Source of the DNA: Thermodesulfobacteriota bacterium
Lineage (GTDB): Bacteria > Desulfobacterota_D > UBA1144 > Nemesobacterales > JAJCZQ01
Direction of reading: 5' to 3'
Length of the DNA: 64,000 bases
Assembly (NCBI GenBank): GCA_965215275.1
Contig: OZ244044.1
Coordinates: 1,856,001-1,920,000, forward strand
Below the pieces are notes generated by a model. The model was not told the origin of the DNA. It made no database searches and saw nothing but the letters and a program-made list of their open reading frames with translations. Positions 55,047 to 64,000 of the stretch are shown here, piece after piece (the first letter of the stretch is position 1; every line of letters begins with the position of its first letter). Position numbers and translations under genes: made by a program.

Positions 55047-55959
55047 TTACCTTATCAGTTCTTTATAAGGCAAGATTTTTCCATACATTGCCTTTGCTAT
55101 TGTTCCCATCTGATCTTTCGTATCCAGTCTTCTTATATTATGCCTTCCCGCAAACTCATTTACATAACGATTTAAATGCTTTTTACTCATTCTGTGGAAT
55201 GTGCAGTTATATCCTCTTTTTAACATTGCCCAGAATGATACCACTCCGTTTACATATGCCTGCTCTTTAACATATTCCCTTACACTATGATTCACGCTTT
55301 CATGGTCATAAGGCAGCCCTGTATAGCTTTTATGATCATCGGTATATATTTTTACTCCCCGACCGACCTTCTTTACTATAAAAACCCTGTATTTCCTCTT
55401 TACTCCGTTCACCAACAAGTTGTGCTATCACTCTGTTTGTCTCTCCGTTCTTCATTCCTGTAACAATTGACTTCCCACCAGGCCCTCGTGTATGACTACG
55501 CTTGTCCTTATGTTTATTTCTCTCCTTTCCACCTGTAAACACTTTCAGTTCTTCTCTGTTCCATGCCTCTCTGATCCGATGCGATAAATGCCATGCTGTT
55601 CTCTGGGTAATATCCAGATCTCAATGCAGTTTCATACTTGATACTCCCTTTAATGACGTGGTAAATAGATATATAGCTACTGCCCAAACCTGATACTTGA
55701 TATTAGAGGACTGCATAACTGTCCTGATACTTACACTAAACCATTTTGCACATCCTTTTTCCCTGAACCTGTACGACATGGTCTTATGACCTATTCCAGT
55801 TTGAACGTTTCTTGTCCCACAATACGGACAAACGGGTTCCTTTCCCCACCTCTGTTCGGAAAACCATTTCTCTGCAACGGCATCGTCAGGAAATTTCTTG
55901 AATAAATTAACTAACGATATCCCTTTCCTGTATGATTTCCCATGTGCTTTGTTTGACAT
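55047..55959 (-). pseudogene. IS1595 transposase pseudogene
   Basis: Zn ribbon CPYCG; TGA after MKLH; the VExDETY segment is missing; frameshift before IYTDD. Confidence 0.9.
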
Positions 55960-56072
55960 ATAACTTCCTCCCAATTATTTAACTTTCTTACCTCTAATAC
56001 TGACAAAACTTTAGCTTTGTCAACTGTTTATTTGGAGACTTCGTCACTATTGCATATAATCCCCATTTTTAT

Positions 56073-56470
56073 ATAATTAAAAAGTCGGGCTTTTTAATCC
56101 TCTAATCAACCAGCTACTTCTGCTACGGAGTTCGTAAATGTTCTCCGTATACATTAAATAAACTTCTCAGAAATCTCTTTTTTCAGCAATCTGTCGGCAC
56201 GCTCTAAACCTGCAATGGCTTTACCTTGTTCTAGTTCTCTCAGTCGTTCTCCCAATCCGAATTTTCTATTCCCTCTGTAACAGTAGGTTTCTACATCTAC
56301 ATCTTGCAGGTCGGTCTCTACCCTTTTATCAAAGCCTGCAATCGCTTCCTCATATAACTGTAAAAGTCCTGGGTCGCTTCTTTGTATTGTCTAAGTCTGG
56401 CTTTGGCAAGTCCTCTGTTATAATAAGTTTTTGCATCTCGCGGATCTATCTCTATTGCTTTGTCATAGTC
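56073..56470. repeat. Direct repeat of TPR 3' end plus spacer (partner 57621-58018)
   Basis: Offset 1548 bp; about 200 nt from 56221 look identical to the sequence from 57769. Confidence 0.9.
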
Positions 56471-57526
56471 CTTAATCGCTTCCGTGTATTGACCAAGTCC
56501 GCCTTTGGTATTTCCTCTGTTATTGTAAGTTTCTGCAATCGCTTCCTTGTATTGATTAAAGTTTTTTTCGGCAAAAAATCTGTTGTTAAAGTAATTTCCT
56601 GCTAATTGAGGATCAAGTTCTGTGGTTTTGTCAAAGTCTTTAATTGCTTCTCTGTATCGTCTAATGTAGGTTTTGGCAAGTCCTCTGTTATAGTAAAGGT
56701 TTGCAATCGCTTTCTTGTATCTACCAAGGTCTTTTTTGGCAAACTTGCTGTTAAAGTAATCTCCTGCGAATTGCAAGTCGGTCTCTATTGCTTTGTCAAA
56801 GTCTTCGACCGCTTCCGCATATTGACCAAGTTCATGTTTGGCAAGCCCTCTATTATAGCAAACTCTTATAAACTGTGGATAGACATCTATTGCTTTGTCA
56901 AAGTCTTCGACCGCTTCCGCATACTGACCAAGTTCATGTTTGGCAAGCCCTCTATTATAGCAAGGTTTTGCAAATCGCGGGTCGATCTCTATTGCTTTGT
57001 CAAAGTCCTTAATTGCTTCCTTGTATTGACCAAGTCTGTTTCTGGCAAGCCCTCTGTTATGGTAATATCTTGCAAATTTCGGATGGACTTCTATTGCTCT
57101 GTCAAAGTCCTTAATTGCTTCTCTGAATTGCCCAAGCCTAAAATTACCAAGCCCTCTACTGTAGTAGAGTTCTGTATATTGTGGGGGGAGAGATTTAGTC
57201 CCTACTGCTTTGTAAAAGTCCTTAATCGCTTCCTTGTATTGACCAAGTTTGTTTCTAGTAAACCCTCTATTATAGTAAGCTCTTACGAATTGCGGGTCGA
57301 TCTCTATTGCTTTGTTAAAATCCTTGACCGCTTCCGCATACTGACCAAGCCTGTTTCTGGCAAGCCCTCTGTTATGGTAAGCTCTTGCAAATTGGGGATC
57401 AAGATGGATCGCCTCATCTAGATCATAAACAGCTTTTACGACCTCTCCTTTGTTCAAAAAGTCGTTTCCGCGTTCAAAGTATCCTTTTGCATCCTTTGGT
57501 TCTAATAATGTATTTGATTTACCCAT
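56318..57526 (-). CDS. TPR protein D (402 aa), in frame through a short C6 tract
   Basis: 34-aa repeats YxNRGLAxxxLGQYxEAxxDFxKAIExxP; G6 on the + strand at 57183-57188. Confidence 0.93.
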   Translation of the reverse strand: MGKSNTLLEPKDAKGYFERGNDFLNKGEVVKAVYDLDEAIHLDPQFARAYHNRGLARNRLGQYAEAVKDFNKAIEIDPQFVRAYYNRGFTRNKLGQYKEAIKDFYKAVGTKSLPPQYTELYYSRGLGNFRLGQFREAIKDFDRAIEVHPKFARYYHNRGLARNRLGQYKEAIKDFDKAIEIDPRFAKPCYNRGLAKHELGQYAEAVEDFDKAIDVYPQFIRVCYNRGLAKHELGQYAEAVEDFDKAIETDLQFAGDYFNSKFAKKDLGRYKKAIANLYYNRGLAKTYIRRYREAIKDFDKTTELDPQLAGNYFNNRFFAEKNFNQYKEAIAETYNNRGNTKGGLGQYTEAIKDYDKAIEIDPRDAKTYYNRGLAKARLRQYKEATQDFYSYMRKRLQALIKG

Positions 57527-57865
57527 GTTTATTATCAGAAAGTTGGATTCTTTACCAACTACTATACAGTAACAATTGCAGAAGGTTTATATAGTCTGAA
57601 AAAATTTGAACTCTTTTACCATAATTAAAAAATCGGGCTTTTTGATACTTCAATCAGCCAGTTACCTCTGCTACGGAGTTCGTAAACGTTCTCCGTATAC
57701 ATTAAACAAACTTCTTATAAATCTCTTTTTTCAGCAATCTGTCGGCACGCTCTAAACCTGCAATGGTTTTACCTTGTTCTAGTTCTCTCAGTCGTTCTCC
57801 CAATCCGAATTTTCTATTCCCTCTGTAACAGTAGGTTTCTACATCTACATCTTGCAGGTCGGTCT

Positions 57866-60800
57866 CTACCCTTTTATCAAAGCCTGCAATCGCTTCCTCA
57901 TATAACTGTAAAAGTCCTGGGTCGCTTCTTTGTATTGTCTAAGTCTGGCTTTGGCAAGTCCTCTGTTAAAATAAGTTTTTGCATCTCGCGGATATATCTC
58001 TATTGCTTTGTCATAGTCCTTGATCGCTTCTTTATATTGCATAAGCCTGACTTTGGCAAGCCCTCTGTTATTGTAAGTTTCTGCAATCGCTTCCTTGTAT
58101 TTACCAAGGTCTTTTTTGGCAAACTTGTTGTTAAAGTAATCTCCTGCGAATTGCAGGTTGATCTCTATTGCTTTGGCAAAGTCTTTAATTGCTTCTCTGT
58201 ATCGCCTAATGTAGGTTTTGGCAAGTCCTCTGTTATAGTAAGCTTCTGCAATCGCTTTCTTGTATTTACCAAGGTCTTTTTTGGCAAACTTGTTGTTAAA
58301 GTAATCTCCTGCGAATTGCAGGTTGGTCTCTATTGCTTTGTCAAAATCCCTGATCGCTTCCGCATATTGACCAAGTTCATGTTTGGCAAGCCCTCTATTA
58401 TAGCAAACTCTTATAAACTGTGGATAGACATCTATTGCTTTGTCAAAATCCTTGATTGCTTCCGCATATTGACCAAGCTTATGTTTGGCAAGCCCTCTGT
58501 TATAGTAAGTTTTTGCAAATCGTGGGCTGATCTCTATGTCTTTATCAAAATCCTTGATCGCTTCCGTGTATTGACCAAGGCTGTTTTTAACACGTCCTCT
58601 GTTATAGTAAGCTCTCGCAAATTTCGGATAGATATCTACTACTTTGTCAAAGTCCTTGACTGCTTCCTCATACTGACCAAGTTTAACTTTACCAACCCCT
58701 CTGCTGTAGTAAAGTTCTGTATATTGGTGGGGGGGGGGGTATTGGTCCTTATTGCTTTGTAAAAATCTTGGGTCGCTTCCTTGTATTGACAAAGTTTGTT
58801 TCTAGTAAGCCCTCTGTTATAGTAAGCTCTTACGAATTGCGGGTCGATTTCTATTGCTTTGTTAAAATCCCTGACCGCTTCCGCATACTGCCCAAGCCTT
58901 TTTCTGGCAAGCCCTCTGTTATAGTAAGCTCTTACGAATTGCGGGTCGATTTCTATTGCTTTGTTAAAATCCCTGACCGCTTCCCCATACTGCCCAAGCC
59001 TAAAATTACCAAGCCCTCTGTTATAGTAATTTTCTACAATTGCTTTCTGGTATTGCCCAAGCCTTTTTCTGGCAAGCCCTCTGTTATAGTAAGCTCTTGC
59101 AAATTGCGGGTCGATTTCTATGGTTTTGTCAAAATCCCTGACCGCTTCCGCATATTGACCAATCCTGTTTCTGGCAAGCCCTCTGTTATAATAAGCTCTT
59201 ACGAATTGCGGAGACATCTCTATAGCTTTGTTAAAATCCTTGACCGCTTGCGCATATTGACCAATCCTGTTTCTGGCAAGCCCTCTGCTGTAGTGGAGTT
59301 CTATTTCTTGTGAGAGGTGAAATTTGCTCCCTATTGCTTTGTCAAACTCCTTAATTGCTTCCTTATATTGACCAAATTTGTTTTTGGTAAGTCCTCTTTC
59401 ATAACAAATCCAATAGATACGTTCTGCAAATCCCGGATTGAGTTTTATTGCTTTATTAAGATCCTCAATTGCTTCCTCATATTGACCAAGGCTGCTTTTG
59501 GCAAGCCACCTGTTATAATAAACGCAAGGATAGAATATATCCTCAAATTGGGGATTGATCTGTATTGCTTTGTCAAAATCCTTGATCGCTTCCTTGTATT
59601 GTTCTTTTGCCTTAACAGTATCTTGTTCTAATCTTCTCAGTTGTTCCCCTAGTCCTAATTTGCTATCCCCTCTGTCATAGTAGGATTTTGCATCTTGTGG
59701 ATTGATCCTTATTGCTTCGTCAAAATCTTTAATCGCTTCCTCGTATTGCTCAGATTTTAATTTGGTATTTCCTCTGCTATAGTAACTTTCTGCATTTTGC
59801 GGACCGATCTCTATCACTTTATCAAAGTCCTTGATCGCTTGTTGGTAGCATCCAAAGTTGTATTTTGTAATTCCACTGCTGTAGTAGACTTCTGCATTTT
59901 GCGGACCGATCTCTGCCACTTTATCAAAGTCTTCAATAGCTTCTTCTAAATTTTCATCCCAGTTCTCAACCTCCTGCTTACATGATCCAAACAAAGCTCT
60001 GGCAAGTCCTCTATTATAGTAGGCTTCTTCATCTTGTGGGTTTATCTCTATTGCTTTGCTAAAGTCTTTGATCGCTTCCTCATATTGACCAAATAAAATT
60101 CTGACACGCCCTCTGTTACAACGGGATTCCGTGTCTTGAGGAGCCACCGTTATTAATTCGTCAAAATCTTCGATCACTTCTCCGTGTAACTCAAGCAAGT
60201 TCTTGGTAACCTTTCTACCAGCGTGGGCAAACAGATATTTCGGGTCGACTTCTATAACTTTGTCAAAATCCTCAATCGCTTCTTTGAGTCTCCCAAGGCT
60301 GCCTTTGGCACGTCCTCTTTCATAATAATAGTGAAAATCCACAAATTGTGGTTTGTTTTTTATGACTTTATCAAAGTCCTTGACCGCTTCTTTGTATTGC
60401 CCAAGTTCGTTTCTAGCAAGCCCTCTGTTATAGTAAGCGCCTATTAATTGCGGATTGCTCCCTATCGCTTTGTTAAAGTCCTTAACCGCTTCTCTGTATT
60501 GTTTAATGTAGGTTTTGGCAAGTCCCCTGCGATTCCAAGACTCTGCATCTTTCGGGTTGATCTCTATGGCTTTGTTAAAATCCTCAATTGCTTCTTTACA
60601 TTGCAAAAGTTGGGTTTTAGCAAATCCTCTGTCAGTGTAGTTTTTTGCATCTTTCGGGTTGATCTCTATGGCTTTGTTAAAATATTCAATTGCTTTATCG
60701 TATTGCTCAAGTTTGACCGTGGCAATCCCTCTGTCAGTATATGCTCTTGCAAATTGGGGATCAAGATGGATCGCCTCATCTAGATCATAAACAGCTTTTA

Positions 60801-60888
60801 CGACCTCTCCTTTGTTCAAAAAGTCGTTTCCGCGTTCAAAGTATCCTTTTGCATCCTCTGGTTCTGATAAGGTATTTGATCTGCCCAT
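57866..60888 (-). CDS. TPR protein C, frameshifted at C11 (G11 at 58729-58739); 749 aa as read, 1007 aa with C12
   Basis: ORFs 58639-60888 and 57866-58792 overlap at the tract; the TPR register resumes as HQYTELYYSRG. Confidence 0.9.
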
Positions 60889-61125
60889 GTTCTCCGGAAG
60901 TTTGACTCTTTACCACCTAATACAAGTTTCAGGTCACCGTTAGAGTCATATTATCCCAATACAGGATGAATAGCTGAAAGAAACTTACCTAGATTACTCT
61001 GTATATACATTTAATGCATTGGGGATTATATACAATAGTGACGAAGTCTCCAAATAAACAGTTGACAAAGCTAAAGTTTTGTCAGTATTAGAGGTAAGAA
61101 AGTTAAATAATTGGGAGGAAGTTAT

Positions 61126-62038
61126 ATGTCAAACAAAGCACATGGGAAATCATACAGGAAAGGGATATCGTTAGTTAATTTATTCAAGAAATTTCCTGAC
61201 GATGCCGTTGCAGAGAAATGGTTTTCCGAACAGAGGTGGGGAAAGGAACCCGTTTGTCCGTATTGTGGGACAAGAAACGTTCAAACTGGAATAGGTCATA
61301 AGACCATGTCGTACAGGTTCAGGGAAAAAGGATGTGCAAAATGGTTTAGTGTAAGTATCAGGACAGTTATGCAGTCCTCTAATATCAAGTATCAGGTTTG
61401 GGCAGTAGCTATATATCTATTTACCACGTCATTAAAGGGAGTATCAAGTATGAAACTGCATTGAGATCTGGATATTACCCAGAGAACAGCATGGCATTTA
61501 TCGCATCGGATCAGAGAGGCATGGAACAGAGAAGAACTGAAAGTGTTTACAGGTGGAAAGGAGAGAAATAAACATAAGGACAAGCGTAGTCATACACGAG
61601 GGCCTGGTGGGAAGTCAATTGTTACAGGAATGAAGAACGGAGAGACAAACAGAGTGATAGCACAACTTGTTGGTGAACGGAGTAAAGAGGAAATACAGGG
61701 TTTTTATAGTAAAGAAGGTCGGTCGGGGAGTAAAAATATATACCGATGATCATAAAAGCTATACAGGGCTGCCTTATGACCATGAAAGCGTGAATCATAG
61801 TGTAAGGGAATATGTTAAAGAGCAGGCATATGTAAACGGAGTGGTATCATTCTGGGCAATGTTAAAAAGAGGATATAACTGCACATTCCACAGAATGAGT
61901 AAAAAGCATTTAAATCGTTATGTAAATGAGTTTGCGGGAAGGCATAATATAAGAAGACTGGATACGAAAGATCAGATGGGAACAATAGCAAAGGCAATGT
62001 ATGGAAAAATCTTGCCTTATAAAGAACTGATAAGGTAA
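61126..62038 (+). pseudogene. IS1595 transposase pseudogene
   Basis: Same lesions as copy 1: TGA at 61462-61464, missing DETY segment, frameshift. Confidence 0.9.
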
Positions 62039-62092
62039 GATGAATAATGTTATACGATAAAAAACAGACCAAAAAAATAAAATAAACTTACA

Positions 62093-62281
62093 ATGACGAA
62101 TAAGAAAAAAACAACAGAGATCTTACCAGGCAGTTATGAACCAACAGAAGAAGAGAAAGAGCATCCGTTTGCTATTTATACAACTCCGCAAAAGTTAGCA
62201 AAAGCTATCCTCCAGCCTGTCAATGTTAAAAAGAAGGGTGTAAAGAAACACATTGCTGAACGTTCAAAAAACAAGAAATAA
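62093..62281 (+). CDS. 62-aa basic IS1595 accessory peptide
   Basis: MTNKKK...PFAIYTTPQKLAKAILQPVNVKKK... Confidence 0.65.
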   Translation: MTNKKKTTEILPGSYEPTEEEKEHPFAIYTTPQKLAKAILQPVNVKKKGVKKHIAERSKNKK

Positions 62282-62517
62282 TCCAGGCTTCGTCACTATT
62301 GTATATAATTCCCAAACGATTAATACTTGTCTAGTGTAATCTTTAAAGTATAACACCAGATAATTGTTTATGAAAATTATGTATTTTTGTCCACATAAAA
62401 GTTTTATTTGATGAGAAAAACCCATAAACTTGATGGGCATGCTTGTCCTCAAATCAACTATCAAAGTTTCTTGACTGACTACTTTTTAACATTTAAACTA
62501 ATCCACTTTGACGCAAG

Positions 62518-62593
62518 TCCGGCGTAGCTCAGTTGGCAGAGCGGATGACTGTTAATCATTAGGTCGCAGGTTCGAACCCTGCCGCCGGAGCCA
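62518..62593 (+). tRNA. tRNA-Asn (GTT)
   Basis: TCCGGCGTAGCTCAGTTGGCAGAGC...CTGTTAA...GTTCGAACCC...GCCA. Confidence 0.97.
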
Positions 62594-62716
62594 GTATATT
62601 CAATTTTGTAGCAAACATGACTTTTATAGTACTGGTGGCAAGATTGTGATAAGCATTTTAGTGTAAGAACCAACACATTATTATCTGAGAGCAGGATACC
62701 CCTTCATAAATGGCTA

Positions 62717-63397
62717 ATGGTTGTATACTTGCTGAATACTGATCTGAAAGGAGTATCCAGTTGTAAACTGGGTAGGGATATAGGAGTAACGCAAACGACC
62801 GCCTGGTATTTAGGACATAGAATAAGAAAGGCGTTTGAAGAGCAGTCTGACGATCCATTACTGTCTCCGGTAGAGATGGATGAGACGTATGTAGGAGGAC
62901 TGGAAAAGAACAAACACGCAAGTAAGAAGACAAAAGGGACACAAGGTAAAAGTACCAAGACCAAGACAGCAGTAGTGGGAATAAAATCAAGAGTAGATAA
63001 GAAAGTAAAAGCAAAGGTAACAGAAACTGTAAAAAGAGAAGAACTACAAAGTATGATAAAAGAAACAGTTAGAGATGGATCAACGATCTATACAGATGAG
63101 AATTTGGGATATAGGGGACTGAACAAGAAGGGATATAAGCACGAGAGGGTAAATCATAGTTCAGGAGAGTATATAAAAGGTCAAGCCCATACCAATGGGA
63201 TGGAAAGTTTCTGGTCTATGTTAAAAAGAGGACATAAAGGAGTGTATCACAAGATGTCTAAGAAACACCTGCAGCGTTATGTAGATGAGTATGCAGGCAG
63301 GCACAATAACAGAGCATTAGCAACAATGGATCAGATTGAAAAAGTGATAAAAGGATTGTCAGGTAAGCGTCTTCAATACAAAGAGTTGATCAGTTAA
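62717..63397 (+). pseudogene. IS1595 transposase lacking the N-terminal Zn ribbon, catalytic core intact
   Basis: VEMDETYVGG, IYTDE, HTNGMESFWSMLKRG and KHLQRYVDE motifs; the frame extends upstream (DCDKHFSVRTNT) without a normal start. Confidence 0.85.
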
Positions 63398-63398
63398 A

Positions 63399-63566
63399 AT
63401 GGCAAGATCAGCAGGTAGAAAACAAAAGATAATCCCTCATATACCAGGGACTTTAGAAGAAACAACAAGAGCAGTTTTATCTCCTAATTTTCAATTTATT
63501 CAGAAACAGAAACAAAAAAATATTAATCAAAAAACAAAAAGTAAAAAATCTAATAAATCTAAATAG
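63399..63566 (+). CDS. 55-aa basic IS1595 accessory peptide
   Basis: MARSAGRKQKIIPHIPGTLEETTRAVLSPNFQFIQKQKQKNINQKTKSKKSNKSK; starts 1 nt after the transposase stop. Confidence 0.65.
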   Translation: MARSAGRKQKIIPHIPGTLEETTRAVLSPNFQFIQKQKQKNINQKTKSKKSNKSK

Positions 63567-64000
63567 TTATATTATCTTCGGTACTTAACTATATAATCCC
63601 CTAAATTAGTGTATAAAGTGTTGAAAGAGAATTACAGAGAGACGGGGAAATATACACAAGACACATAAGCGAGTATGATTATAAAAAAACAGAGCAGTTA
63701 GGGATTGAATGATATTCCGTTTGTTTACTAAAGTATATAATTCCCATTTAAAAAGACTATTTCCCAGAGCGTATGACTGGCTACTTAGACACAAAAACTA
63801 TTAATTAGAGATAAAGATGAATTTGATTCTAATAAGTGTTATAGCTTTGGTAGAGAAGTGTCTATAGTTAAAGGATTTTTGAGAAAATATTGATTTCTTG
63901 TGTGAATCTTAAACCAAATTTTCAATATTGTGTGGATACGATTCTCTGTTTGATGGTGGATACTACATAAAAACCAATTCCAAGTATCAATGTAAACACT

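Larger units (their letters stand above)
54772..56064 (-). mobile_element. IS1595-family element, copy 1 (1293 bp, defective)
   Basis: 26-bp TIRs GGGRATTATATRCAATAGTGACGAAG; inverted near-identical copy at 61021-62313. Confidence 0.93.
61021..62313 (+). mobile_element. IS1595-family element, copy 2 (1293 bp, defective)
   Basis: Reverse complement of 54772-56064; one difference spotted, in the left TIR (61032 vs 56053). Confidence 0.93.
62620..63601 (+). mobile_element. 5'-truncated IS1595 element of a different subfamily
   Basis: Right end ...AACTATATAATCCCC at 63601; no left TIR seen; left boundary approximate. Confidence 0.8.

Noticed and set aside
56606..60783. Long + strand ORFs antisense to TPR C/D (also 45551-45967)
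   Set aside because: Shadow frames produced by repetitive TPR codons; no independent protein features.
43257..60888. Diversity-generating retroelement (TR/VR pairs among TPR repeats)
   Set aside because: No reverse transcriptase in the window, and differences between copies include non-adenine changes (for example GAC/GAT, TTG/CTG).
61462..61464. Programmed read-through or recoding of the transposase TGA
   Set aside because: The same gene also lacks the first catalytic motif and has a frameshift, and TGA is a normal stop in many genes here.
63890..63965. DnaA-box-like TGTGGATAC near the window end
   Set aside because: One imperfect box at the edge; not enough to call an origin.

Overview
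Bacterial chromosome segment from a diderm (tolB, lgt, lnt, lolD, rpoH). About 1-29 kb is mostly housekeeping: rpe, metK-ahcY-xerD-scpAB, der, ilvE, tRNA-Leu/Cys, gdhA, prs-rplY-pth-hppA, rpsF-rpsR-rplI, thi4 and def. About 29-35 kb is an accessory patch (methyltransferase, GT2, secreted repeat protein). From 41.7 kb on, core genes (rplU-rpmA, rlmN, alaS, rpoH, tRNA-Asn) are mixed with IS1595-family elements and internally deleted derivatives, plus two oppositely oriented clusters of a paralogous TPR gene family. Main signal: three of the four TPR paralogues are split by a single frameshift at the same homologous poly-C tract (C10, C9-T-C5, C11) while their downstream frames stay open; the fourth has a short in-frame C6. 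This looks like a slipped-strand contingency system, although homopolymer sequencing error must be excluded. One cluster lies between two inverted, identically crippled IS1595 copies, and their outer flanks rejoin into a perfect 18-bp palindrome just upstream of rpoH. The IS1595 elements also carry a conserved small basic ORF that survives loss of the transposase. All calls come from reading motifs by eye; no searches were run.
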